From: an uncultured Clostridia bacterium
Lineage (GTDB): Bacteria > Bacillota > Clostridia > Christensenellales > DTU072
DNA: 50,921 nt
Reading direction: 5' to 3'
Assembly: GCA_944350065.1 (NCBI GenBank)
Contig: CALVOD010000002.1
Span: forward strand, 1 to 50,921
The stretch's first letter is position 1; each line of letters opens with the position of its first letter. Positions 10,097-19,312 of the stretch are shown one piece after another. The position numbers and the translations under genes are program-made. Under the pieces are notes generated by a model. That model was not told the origin of the DNA and ran no database searches. It saw only the letters and a program-made list of their open reading frames with translations.

Positions 10097-10124
10097 GTTT
10101 CGAATATTCTGTTTCGAATATTCT
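10097..10124. repeat. Perfect tandem duplication of a 14-bp unit, GTTTCGAATATTCT x2
   Basis: Read directly at 10097-10110 and 10111-10124. Each unit contains the palindromes TTCGAA and GAATATTC. It lies immediately 3' of the pgpH stop, in the pgpH / ybeY-era spacer. Confidence 0.9.
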
Positions 10125-10125
10125 G

Positions 10126-11613
10126 TTATTTGTCTTTCCTGTTATTGTTGTACTCTATCCTGCCGTGATAAATGGACGGTATCGCGGTGGCGAGAGTGTC
10201 TTCGATTATCTGCAAGTCCTTGTACGTTATCGCACATTCGCTGAATTGGTCGGAATCGGCTTTCTGCTTGATAATGTTGCGCACGAAAGCGCGGTAACTT
10301 TCGGGAGTCTTGAGCCCGGAAACGGCTCGGCTCGCCGCTTCAGCGGTGTCCGCTATCATTATTATCGCCGCTATTTTCGTCTGCGGCTTGGGACCGGGAT
10401 AACTGAATTCCGCTTTGTCGAGGTCGTCCTCGGTGAAATTCTGCGCTTTGTACAGGAAATAATTGACCGGCGTGGTGCCGTGATGCTGCAGAGCCACGTC
10501 CGCCACTATATCGGGCAATCTTTCTTTACGCAGCATCGCGCTTCCTTCGGTCACGTGGCTGACTATCATCGAAACGCTCACCTCGGGGATAACGTCGTCG
10601 TGGGGGTTGTAGCCCTTTTGATTTTCGATGAAATACTGGGGATTTTTGGTTTTACCCACGTCGTGGTAATAGGCGCAGACTTTGGCGAGCTGACTGTTTT
10701 CGCCGATGGCGTCCGCGCACAGCTCGGCGAGGTTGCCGACCACCATGCTGTGATTGAAAGTCCCGGGCGCTTCCTGCGCAAGCCTCTTGAGCAACGGGTT
10801 ATCGAGCGAACAAAGCTCCGCGAGACGGAAGCCCGTGTCGAGCCTGAAAAGGAACTCCATAACGGGCAGGATAATCATAAACAGACCTATCGAAAGCACC
10901 ACCGAGACGAAGCTCCAGAGTCCGCTCATCAATATCGCCGCGGCGTCGGAGGAATCGATGACGAGGTTAATGAGTATCGGAAGCACCGCAGTGCAAATAC
11001 CGACGATGAAGCCCGTCAAAGTAAATTTAAGGCGGTTATTGGCTTTGTCGATGAAGACGATAAGGAAGATGGACGCCACCATGGAAGTTATGAGGGCGGC
11101 GGCGCTTTCCACCACTTTCGCGCTGCCGAAAACGAAAACGTAAGTAAGATAGAAAGCCTGCGAAATGAGTATATTGGTTACGACACCGACGCGTTTGTCG
11201 ATGAGTGCCGCGACGAGCAGCGAGCAGAGCGTAAGCGGAGCGGCGTACAACGAAATAAGTCTTCCGAAGACGAGCGCGAGCGCGAAAGTGAGCGTCACCG
11301 AAGTGGCGAGCACGGGCAAGAGCTTATGCTTGGAATCGTCCGCGTCTTTTCTGACGTAATATGCGTAGAGCAGAAGCGTGGACATAATGATAGTCATTAT
11401 GACGGTGAGAATGAGTATCTGAAGCCATACCCTGCCGTTGAAAACGTCCTCTGCGCCGCTCACGTTATCGAGAGAAACGAGGCGCACGAGCATGGCGAGT
11501 ATAAGCGAAACTCCTATCATAAACAGCACCTGTACGGCTACCAGTCTTATTTTGCCGTCCGTAAGTCTCATCGGCAGGGCGGGTCTGTTTTTACGGATTT
11601 TGTTGTCAGCCAT
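10126..11613 (-). CDS. pgpH: 7TM-HD membrane phosphohydrolase (PgpH/YqfF family, c-di-AMP phosphodiesterase type), short form
   Basis: A multi-pass hydrophobic N-terminal half, then an HD domain with CAYYHDVGK and LQHHGTTPV. It lies between yqfD and ybeY, as yqfF does. The ATG at 11613 (MADNKIRK) is preferred over the tracked GTG at 11661. Confidence 0.8.
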   Translation of the reverse strand: MADNKIRKNRPALPMRLTDGKIRLVAVQVLFMIGVSLILAMLVRLVSLDNVSGAEDVFNGRVWLQILILTVIMTIIMSTLLLYAYYVRKDADDSKHKLLPVLATSVTLTFALALVFGRLISLYAAPLTLCSLLVAALIDKRVGVVTNILISQAFYLTYVFVFGSAKVVESAAALITSMVASIFLIVFIDKANNRLKFTLTGFIVGICTAVLPILINLVIDSSDAAAILMSGLWSFVSVVLSIGLFMIILPVMEFLFRLDTGFRLAELCSLDNPLLKRLAQEAPGTFNHSMVVGNLAELCADAIGENSQLAKVCAYYHDVGKTKNPQYFIENQKGYNPHDDVIPEVSVSMIVSHVTEGSAMLRKERLPDIVADVALQHHGTTPVNYFLYKAQNFTEDDLDKAEFSYPGPKPQTKIAAIIMIADTAEAASRAVSGLKTPESYRAFVRNIIKQKADSDQFSECAITYKDLQIIEDTLATAIPSIYHGRIEYNNNRKDK

Positions 11614-11662
11614 ATCATATCCCTTCGTAAGTAAATGGCGGGCGCGCCCGCACGGTCGCACA

Positions 11663-12640
11663 TCAGGAAATGCGCGTTATTACTTCATAGTATATACTTA
11701 TCGTTATACTTTTGTCCAGCTTTTTGACGCTAAATGACGAACCTGCGAATATTTCGTAATCGGCAAGAGATGCGCAAAATTCGTTTTTGCGCGCTTCGAT
11801 ATCCGTAGCGGCGCGCGCGGTAAAGCTCGCTTCGTCGGCATACTCGAGCTGCTCGGTACGTGTAACCCGCGCTTCCACTATGCCCATGGCGCGCACCGGC
11901 ACAGGGGCGTTTTCGCCCGCCTCCACATACGGCGCTATGAGTACGTCGCCCGCTTTGACTTCGTCCCCGCAATCCACGGCGGCAGTCCCTCTAAGCGTCA
12001 CTACTCGGGTTATTGTCCCGCTTTCGCGCGCAAGCAACGGTATTGGGCTTTGGGTATCCGTAATTTCCTGTTCGGGAAGCTCCTCGACGACTTCTATTAT
12101 AATGCGTTTCCCCTCTCTGACGACTTTGGCGTACGCTACGCCGTCGCATCCGAGCACCGCTTTTTCGATGCTTTCGAGGTCGGGATAGGCAAACAGCCTA
12201 GGCGTTTCGACATACTCCGACACCGCCTCCGCGACGGTGCTTTCGCTGACGTTTTCGAGCCCGCGAATCTCCACTTCCGCAACGAGCGTGCTGTAAATAT
12301 AGACGAGCGCGCAGGATATCAGCACCCCGGCTATAAGCGCGTACCGCCTGAAAAATTCCCTTATTCCGCGCTTCGGTCCGCGTACCCCGGTGACGGTATA
12401 TTCCCTTCCGTTTTCGGTAAGAATTTTTTCGGCTTGCGGAAGCTCCGCTTCCGTAAGAGTAAAACGCGTCTTGTCGTTATCCGTCTTTACGTTGCGTACC
12501 TTTATCCCGCCTAAAGTGAGAAGATTCAACGTGTATGCGGGAGAGCCTTCGCAAATTATTTCCGCTTTACCTGAAAAAATTTCGAACGAGTCTCCTCTTT
12601 CGTCATTTCCTTTCACGCGCTCACTTCTCAGCTTTTTCAC
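11663..12640 (-). CDS. yqfD: Sporulation protein YqfD (stage IV sporulation family)
   Basis: Single central TM (YALIAGVLISCALVYIYSTLV), 325 aa. It lies directly after yqfC with a 20-nt overlap and matches yqfC-yqfD synteny. Confidence 0.72.
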   Translation of the reverse strand: MKKLRSERVKGNDERGDSFEIFSGKAEIICEGSPAYTLNLLTLGGIKVRNVKTDNDKTRFTLTEAELPQAEKILTENGREYTVTGVRGPKRGIREFFRRYALIAGVLISCALVYIYSTLVAEVEIRGLENVSESTVAEAVSEYVETPRLFAYPDLESIEKAVLGCDGVAYAKVVREGKRIIIEVVEELPEQEITDTQSPIPLLARESGTITRVVTLRGTAAVDCGDEVKAGDVLIAPYVEAGENAPVPVRAMGIVEARVTRTEQLEYADEASFTARAATDIEARKNEFCASLADYEIFAGSSFSVKKLDKSITISIYYEVITRIS

Positions 12641-12878
12641 CCTTCTTTCTCCTTTCCACCGCGCGGATTTTGCCCGTTACGGACAGCTCGTCGCCGTTCA
12701 TTTCGCTTATCTCGAGCGACTCCCCTTTAATGACGACGGTGCCGCCCGTTATGCGCACCACCATCTCCTCGGGAGTGTACGAAGATATGCCGCGGTGACC
12801 TTCGATAAATATCTTTTCGCCCGCGCTGAAGGTTATTTTATCCAGCATTATCTCTTTGACCGCAACAGAAAAGCCCAT
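12621..12878 (-). CDS. yqfC: Sporulation protein YqfC (YabP/YqfC family)
   Basis: 85 aa with the pattern ...EGHRGISSYTPEEMVVRITGGTVVIKGESLEI..., typical of the YabP/YqfC beta-rich family. It lies upstream of yqfD. Confidence 0.72.
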   Translation of the reverse strand: MGFSVAVKEIMLDKITFSAGEKIFIEGHRGISSYTPEEMVVRITGGTVVIKGESLEISEMNGDELSVTGKIRAVERRKKGEKAEK

Positions 12879-12935
12879 ACCATATTATATCGGGTACGGG
12901 CTCCGTTATTCCTCTCGGCTTCTATCCTGACGAAA

Positions 12936-14354
12936 TCACTCGTCGGAAGCGGACTTTTTCTTCGAAGTCGTTTTCGGGAAAGCGTATATCGCCTGGTCGG
13001 CGGACTCGGTGAAACGCACATGCCGCCCTTCCCACACGTATCTTATCTGCGCCAGCTCGCCGTTACGGTGCTTGGCTATGTCGAGAATGATATTGCAAGC
13101 CTCTTTGGTTTTCTCCTCCTCGTTCTCTCTCGAAAGGAACATTACCATATCGGCGTCCTGCTCTATCGCTCCCGATTCGCGCAGGTCCGAAAGCCTCGGT
13201 TGCTTGTCGTCGCGCCCTTCGATACTGCGCGACATCTGAGACAACGCTATTACCGGGCACTGCAATTCCATAGCCATCATCTTCATCATACGGCTGATGT
13301 CCGATACGTCGTTTTGTCGGCTTGAGGAAGCGCGGATCTTGTTCTGGTCGTTCGCCATTAGCTGCAAATAGTCCACTACCACGAGATCGAGTCTCTTGTC
13401 CGCGGTCATGGATTTAAGACGTCTGCATTTGCTCGCTATGTTTCCCGGAGTCTGCATGGATGTGGAATCGAAATATATTCTGCAATTCGAAGCCTCGACG
13501 TGAGCGCTCCAAAGCTCGGTCTGGTCGCTTTCGCTGAGGCGCGCGCTGCTCAATTTGCCCATATCCACGCCGGTATTGGTGGCGAGTATCCTTTGCACGA
13601 GTTGCTCGGCGGACATTTCGAGGGAGAACATAGCCACCACGGCGTCGTCCCGCTCTTTGATAATATTGGATATTATATTGAGCGCGAAAGAGGTTTTACC
13701 CACCGAAGGACGCGCCGCTAAAATAATAAGGCTCGCCGGCTGAAGTCCGTTGGTCAATTTATCCAATATGGGAAAGTGCGTTTTAAGTCCCTTACGCGCG
13801 GAAGGATTTATCGCCATTTGCTCGAGTCTTCTCAAGAAGCGGGAGCTCGGCGCTTCGATATGCTCGAGACCGCTCGAAGTAGCGGCAAGGTTGATGCCGT
13901 AGATGAGACGCTCGGCGTTGTTCACTGAGCTTTCCGCGTCCTGCGAGGTATATGCGTCCTCCGCTATGTCCTTACTTATGGAAATAAGCCTGCGCATTAT
14001 CATGTCGCGGCGCAGAATATCGAGATGGTCGCGGTAATTGACGGCGCTCGGAGTTATCTGCGTGAGGTCGGTAAGGTAACCGAGCATATCGATATCGGTC
14101 TTATTGGTCTTGGTGAGTACGTCGTTTACGGTAATCACGTTGACGGAAACGCCCTTATTGAAAAGCGACTGCATCGCGTCGAAAATGGTTTTGTGTCTCG
14201 GATTATAGAAATAATCGGCGTTAATCGTAGGCGCGACGTCGGCGAGCACTTCGCCGTCGATAAGCATACAGCACAAAACGTACTGCTCCGCTTCGAAATT
14301 GTTGGGATACTGTCTGTACCCCTGTTTGGAATCGTTGATCTCTTTCTCACTCAT
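12936..14354 (-). CDS. dnaB: Replicative DNA helicase (DnaB family; DnaC in B. subtilis naming)
   Basis: PNNFEAEQYVLCCMLIDGEV N-terminal domain, Walker A AARPSVGKTSF, LVVVDYLQLM and ALSQMSR motifs. Length is 472 aa with no intein-sized insertion. Confidence 0.93.
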   Translation of the reverse strand: MSEKEINDSKQGYRQYPNNFEAEQYVLCCMLIDGEVLADVAPTINADYFYNPRHKTIFDAMQSLFNKGVSVNVITVNDVLTKTNKTDIDMLGYLTDLTQITPSAVNYRDHLDILRRDMIMRRLISISKDIAEDAYTSQDAESSVNNAERLIYGINLAATSSGLEHIEAPSSRFLRRLEQMAINPSARKGLKTHFPILDKLTNGLQPASLIILAARPSVGKTSFALNIISNIIKERDDAVVAMFSLEMSAEQLVQRILATNTGVDMGKLSSARLSESDQTELWSAHVEASNCRIYFDSTSMQTPGNIASKCRRLKSMTADKRLDLVVVDYLQLMANDQNKIRASSSRQNDVSDISRMMKMMAMELQCPVIALSQMSRSIEGRDDKQPRLSDLRESGAIEQDADMVMFLSRENEEEKTKEACNIILDIAKHRNGELAQIRYVWEGRHVRFTESADQAIYAFPKTTSKKKSASDE

Positions 14355-14406
14355 ATAGCTTTCTCCGTGGTACGGGCTCTTACAAGCCTGAAGGTGAAGT
14401 GTTTAA

Positions 14407-15273
14407 TTAAAGCGCCGCGTTTTCCTTTCCCCTTTTCACGCCTACGGCGACGAACGTCGCTCCCGTGACGATTATCGCCGCGGTGATGACGATGAGATAC
14501 CAGCTTACGGTATTGGGCGAATGTTGCACGAGCGTTATTTCTCTCGCGCGCTCGTCGACGGACATTCTGAATTCGTGCACGTAGCTTTCTCTGCCGTCGG
14601 GCGCTTTGAATTTATATACGTAATCGGCGTCGGACTCTATGAGTTCGGAAGAATACGCCGTGCCGTAATTGAATACGAAATCTATATCGGAAGGCGGGAT
14701 TAAATTGTCTGCCGTCAGCTCGTCGTAAACGTAATTAAGATAATTATCTTCCTCCGCGTCCGCAAAAGCCGTCCGGTAGCTTACCACGTAATCGGAAAAG
14801 AAAAATCCTTTATACAAGGTGCCCGACGAAGAACTCACGTCGTAACCGGTTTCGCCGTTGGCTATCGAAAGAGCTTCCGCGTCGGCGTACTCCGCAAGCA
14901 CGGCGTCTATGAAATACCCTTCTTCGTCATACTCCGCTTTCATGCCGGCAGAAGTAAATCTGTCGTAAACCGTTTTGAGCCTTGCGGAAACGGCTTCGGC
15001 TATCTGAGTAGCGCCGGTAACAGAGCTTACCCCCGCGGTAAGCGCTTCTATGTCTACGTAAACCTGAATACCGTACTTGTAGTTGCCGTTGGTGAACAGC
15101 AACGAGTTATATATTATCTCAACCGGTCTCACGTTCGGCTTACCGCTTTCGTATACTTTCACGTCCGCACGCGAAAACGTAGCTCCGGCTACCGAACCGT
15201 ACACTATCACGATAATTGCGGCTATTGCGAGCATTATCACGCCCACTTTGAACACGGTAGCGGTTTTCTTCAT
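14407..15273 (-). CDS. Hypothetical bitopic membrane protein (TM at both ends, Tyr/Asp-rich external domain)
   Basis: N-terminal TM VGVIMLAIAAIIVIVYG and C-terminal TM WYLIVITAAIIVTGATFVAVGV. Its ATG overlaps the pepF stop (ATGA). I recognise no family. Confidence 0.65.
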   Translation of the reverse strand: MKKTATVFKVGVIMLAIAAIIVIVYGSVAGATFSRADVKVYESGKPNVRPVEIIYNSLLFTNGNYKYGIQVYVDIEALTAGVSSVTGATQIAEAVSARLKTVYDRFTSAGMKAEYDEEGYFIDAVLAEYADAEALSIANGETGYDVSSSSGTLYKGFFFSDYVVSYRTAFADAEEDNYLNYVYDELTADNLIPPSDIDFVFNYGTAYSSELIESDADYVYKFKAPDGRESYVHEFRMSVDERAREITLVQHSPNTVSWYLIVITAAIIVTGATFVAVGVKRGKENAAL

Positions 15274-17036
15274 AATTTCTTCATCTCTTTCAGCGCGTCT
15301 CTGAATTCGCGCATCGCGTAAGCGAAGGGCGCTTTTTTCGTAAGGTCCACCTCCGCAAGCGCAAGCGTCGGGAGCGGATACAGGGAGCCGCCCGCCGACA
15401 GGAAGGCTTTGTATTTCTCCACGTAGCCTTCTTCTGTAAGCAATTTTTTGACTATGTTTACCGCACTGATCATACCGGTAGCATATTTATAGACGTAGAA
15501 CGCGTTATAAAAATGCGGTATGCGCGACCATTCTATCGCTATGTCGTCGTCGGATACGACTCCGTCGCCGTAATAGAATTTATTCAGTTTGAGGTACTCT
15601 GCGCTCATATTCTCGGCGGTGAGCGGCGCGCCCGACTCGTATCTTGCGTGCGCGAACTTTTCAAATTCCGCAAACATCGTCTGACGGAACACCGTCGTCC
15701 TGAACATATCGAGATAATACGAAAGTAGATATTTGCGAGCTTTGCCGCCCGTTTTCGCCATAAGGTGCTTGAGCAGAAGCACTTCGTTCACCGTGGAGGC
15801 TATCTCCGCGACGAAAATACTGTAATCGGCTTTTTCGTAGCATTGGCTCGTGCGGGAATAATGGCTGTGCATGGAATGTCCCAGCTCGTGCGCTATCGTG
15901 AACACATCGTGCGCCGTCTTACGGTAATTGAGCAACACGTAAGGATTGCTGTCGTACATTCCCCACGAATACGCGCCCGATCTCTTGTTGACCGTTTCTT
16001 CCACGTCTATCCAGCGCTCCGAGCGCGCTCTTTCGAGCAATTCGCGGTACTCCGCGCCGAGGGGCGCGAGCGCTTCTTCGACGAGCGCGTAAGCGTCGTC
16101 GTATTCCATCTCCAATCTGTAGTCGTCGGTTATCGGCACGTACAGATCGTACATGTGCAGTTCTTTAAGTCCGAGTGCTTTTTTGCGGTAGCGGACGTAA
16201 TCGTGCACGTAAGGCGTGGCGTCGTGCACGGCTGAAATAAGGTTGTCGTAAACGGAATTTTTGATATCGTCCGCGTACAACGCTCTTGCGAGAGCGGACG
16301 GGAAACCGCGCAAAGCGGACATGGTGCAATCCTTCTTGACGGAGCCCGCGTAAGTCGCGGCAACCGTGTTGAGCGCCGCGCGGTAAGAAGCGTAATAAGT
16401 TTCGAAAGCCTCCTTGCGCACCTGTTGAGACGGATTTTGCAGAAGCACCGAATAGGCTCCGTGCGTGAGCTCGACGTCCTCTCCGTCAACGCATACCTTG
16501 CCGAATTTAATGTCGGCGTTGTCGAACATCATGAAAATATTGCGGAAATCTCCGGTAAACGCCGATATTTCCGACATGATTTTTTCTTCTTTAGCCGAAA
16601 GAATATGTTTTTTCTCGCGGATAACGTCGTTGAGCATCACGGAGAAAGGCTCGAATTCCTCTTTTGCCGCCATACGGCGCAGCGTTCCTACCGAAAATTT
16701 GGCAAGCTCCGCGCTGATGAAAGAGGTTGCCGAAGCGCATTTTGCGGCGAGTATGCCTATCTTTTCCGCTCTCGCCTGCGCTTCCGCGTCGGCGGTGTTT
16801 TCGTCCTTGCGTAAGTTTGCGTAAACGTAAAGCCTTTCGAGCGCCCTGCCGGTCTCAGACGACAAACGGAGACATTGAAGGACGTTGTTTTCGTCTAGTT
16901 TACCTTCGTACGCCGCTATTTCCTTGAGCTTCTCCGATACGGATACGCTCGTTTCCTCGTATTCCTTTTCGCTTGCGAAAAGGGACGAGAGATCCCATTT
17001 TCTGTTTTCTGCAACGTCTTCGCGCTTCAACGCCAT
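15270..17036 (-). CDS. pepF: Oligoendopeptidase F (M3B metallopeptidase)
   Basis: 588 aa, zinc motif HELGHSMHS, and the typical PepF N-terminus (KWDLSSLF). Confidence 0.9.
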   Translation of the reverse strand: MALKREDVAENRKWDLSSLFASEKEYEETSVSVSEKLKEIAAYEGKLDENNVLQCLRLSSETGRALERLYVYANLRKDENTADAEAQARAEKIGILAAKCASATSFISAELAKFSVGTLRRMAAKEEFEPFSVMLNDVIREKKHILSAKEEKIMSEISAFTGDFRNIFMMFDNADIKFGKVCVDGEDVELTHGAYSVLLQNPSQQVRKEAFETYYASYRAALNTVAATYAGSVKKDCTMSALRGFPSALARALYADDIKNSVYDNLISAVHDATPYVHDYVRYRKKALGLKELHMYDLYVPITDDYRLEMEYDDAYALVEEALAPLGAEYRELLERARSERWIDVEETVNKRSGAYSWGMYDSNPYVLLNYRKTAHDVFTIAHELGHSMHSHYSRTSQCYEKADYSIFVAEIASTVNEVLLLKHLMAKTGGKARKYLLSYYLDMFRTTVFRQTMFAEFEKFAHARYESGAPLTAENMSAEYLKLNKFYYGDGVVSDDDIAIEWSRIPHFYNAFYVYKYATGMISAVNIVKKLLTEEGYVEKYKAFLSAGGSLYPLPTLALAEVDLTKKAPFAYAMREFRDALKEMKKL

Positions 17037-17125
17037 ATCTGCTCCTTACCGAAAAAACGGTATCTTCCGAAATTACGGAATAATAAAAATATACCTTAAA
17101 TATTAAATTAAGTCAATACGATTCG

Positions 17126-17668
17126 CTATTTATTCCCCAGTTGCGTGAGCAGTATGTCGAGCTCCTCGTCGCTTAAACGGCGCTCCGAGGTATCCGCGCT
17201 CACGCCCAGTTCGTTCAGCCGCACGCACTCGCTGTAATACTGATCCCGCGGCGGATCGCTCGGCAACGGCTCGCCCTCTATGACCGCGGAAAGCTCCTTC
17301 ACGCAATCCCCGAAAAAACGCTGACATTCGAGCACTTCTTCTCCGAGTTTTTCGGCGCTGCCGAGCGCGTTGAGGCGCGAACGCCATTTGTCGCGGTATG
17401 CGGCGAGCCGCTCCGCTTCGAGCGCGAAGCGGATACGGGCTTCTTTTTCGTATTCCTCCGATCTCGCCCGCGCGAAATTGAGCGCGTCGCGAATTTCGCG
17501 CTCCTCGCCGCGGTACTCGTTGAGTTCCGCGGTAAGTCTCTCCACTTCCGCTCGGAGCGCGGCGATGCGCTCCGCCTGCGCGCCCGCTTCCTCGGGAAGC
17601 GGCGCGTAGGCGTCCTTCGTTTTTCTCTCTTTAACGTACTTCTTTTTACGCGTAAATATTCCGGGCAT
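17126..17668 (-). CDS. Hypothetical charged coiled-coil protein
   Basis: 180 aa, no TM. A basic N-terminus is followed by an E/R/A-rich heptad-like stretch (AERIAALRAEVERLTAELNEYRGEEREIRDAL). It does not have a DivIVA-type N-terminus. Confidence 0.6.
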   Translation of the reverse strand: MPGIFTRKKKYVKERKTKDAYAPLPEEAGAQAERIAALRAEVERLTAELNEYRGEEREIRDALNFARARSEEYEKEARIRFALEAERLAAYRDKWRSRLNALGSAEKLGEEVLECQRFFGDCVKELSAVIEGEPLPSDPPRDQYYSECVRLNELGVSADTSERRLSDEELDILLTQLGNK

Positions 17669-17716
17669 AAGCGGATTATAACCGCACTGCCCCCGCGTAA
17701 TACCTCGAAAAATATC

Positions 17717-19156
17717 TTATTTGCGCGGATTAGAGCGACGCGCGTTCAGCATAAGCGACTTTCTCAGATCGTACAGTCCGTCCGAAAGGTCGACTTTATA
17801 AATATGCGGGTTGGTGAGGCGCTTGTATTCTTCCCAGAATTCGCCTTTCGATTTGACTGCGAAAGCCACCGTCTCCGCAAGCGAAGGTATCTCGTAAATC
17901 TGTCTTCCCCCTTCGAAAACCTTGACGGGTATTTCGCGCATCGAATACTTTTCGAACGTCGTGCGCTTCCAGGTCTCTATCGGGTGGAATATCGTAAGCG
18001 GCTTACCCTCGTCGAACTTCTCTCCGCGTAGCGCTATCAGGTCGGCAGCCGCCTTTCCGCGGGAATCGTAGATCCTGTAGAAAGTTTTAAATCCGGGATT
18101 GGTAATCTTTTCGGGGGTATCCGAAATCTTCATTTTGGGATGCCAATCTCCCTTTTCGTCCTGTATCGCCGCGAGCTTGTAAACGCCGCCCAAAGCGGGG
18201 TTGGGAGAAGCCGTGATAAGTTTGGTGCCTATTCCCCACACGTCTATTTTTGCGCCCTGAGCGTTAAGGGAAGCGATTATGTGTTCGTCGATATCGCCCG
18301 AAGCGAAGATCTTCGCGTCCGCGTGTCCCGCTTTGTCGAGCATCTTGCGCGCCTGTTTGGAAAGGTAGGCGAGGTCGCCCGAATCGAGTCTTATGCCGAG
18401 CGGTTTATAACCTTTCGCCTTGAGCTCGTCAAAGACCTTGATCGCGTTGGGAACGCCGCTTCCCAGAGTGTCGTAAGTGTCCACGAGAAGCAGGCAGGCG
18501 TCCGGATAAAGCTCGGCGTATTTGCGGAATGCCGAAAGCTCGTCCGGGAAACTCATCACCCAGCTGTGAGCGTGGGTGCCGCTGACCTTTACGCCGAACA
18601 TTTTCCCCGCGAGTACGTTGGAGGTGCTTACGCAGCCGCCTATCATGCTCGCCCTCGCGCCGTATATGCCCGCGTCCGGTCCCTGCGCCCTGCGCAGCCC
18701 GAATTCCGCGATACCGCCTTTGGTTTCGTTTGCCATTTTCATCGCTTTGGTGGCGATCAGCGTTTGGTGATTTATCATGTTGAGAAGCGCCGTTTCGATG
18801 AGCTGCGCCTCGAACAATGGCGCTTTCACCGTGACGAGCGGCTCGTACGGGAATACCATTTCACCTTCGCGCACCGCGTAAAGGTCGCCCGTAAAACGGA
18901 AATTCTTTATGCGCTCGAAAAACTTTTCGCCGAAACAATTCAGCGAGCGCAGATAGGCTATGTCGTCTTCCTCGAAATGCAGATTGTTGATATAATCCAC
19001 CGCCTGCTCGAGTCCCGCCGCCACCGCGAAATCGAGATACGCCGCAGGTCTGAAAAAGACGTCGAATACCGCCTCTCTGTCCGCCATACCCGTTTCGGCG
19101 TAGCCGTTCATCATCGTGAATTGATACAAATCCGTCAATAACGTTAAATTTCTCAT
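17717..19156 (-). CDS. pncB: Nicotinate phosphoribosyltransferase
   Basis: N-terminus LLTDLYQFTMMNGY, and the HAHSW, LRLDSGD and GIGT motifs of NAPRTase. Length is 479 aa. Confidence 0.9.
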   Translation of the reverse strand: MRNLTLLTDLYQFTMMNGYAETGMADREAVFDVFFRPAAYLDFAVAAGLEQAVDYINNLHFEEDDIAYLRSLNCFGEKFFERIKNFRFTGDLYAVREGEMVFPYEPLVTVKAPLFEAQLIETALLNMINHQTLIATKAMKMANETKGGIAEFGLRRAQGPDAGIYGARASMIGGCVSTSNVLAGKMFGVKVSGTHAHSWVMSFPDELSAFRKYAELYPDACLLLVDTYDTLGSGVPNAIKVFDELKAKGYKPLGIRLDSGDLAYLSKQARKMLDKAGHADAKIFASGDIDEHIIASLNAQGAKIDVWGIGTKLITASPNPALGGVYKLAAIQDEKGDWHPKMKISDTPEKITNPGFKTFYRIYDSRGKAAADLIALRGEKFDEGKPLTIFHPIETWKRTTFEKYSMREIPVKVFEGGRQIYEIPSLAETVAFAVKSKGEFWEEYKRLTNPHIYKVDLSDGLYDLRKSLMLNARRSNPRK

Positions 19157-19261
19157 ACCGATTCTTGCTTGTAATTTTGATTGATTTTTGTTTTGTATTT
19201 TATTTCCCCGCTTTTCACCGTTTATCCGCGTTTTACGAGTTCAACCGCGTTTCCGTTCCGT

Positions 19262-19303
19262 AAAATGAATATCGCGCGGAACGCAAACGAACGCTCCGCG
19301 CGA
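19262..19303 (-). terminator. Terminator hairpin after lgt
   Basis: A 12-bp stem, TCGCGCGGAGCG / CGTTCCGCGCGA (one G-U pair), with an 8-nt loop. On the minus strand it is followed by TATTCATTTTA. Confidence 0.5.
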
Positions 19304-19312
19304 GTCAGAATA

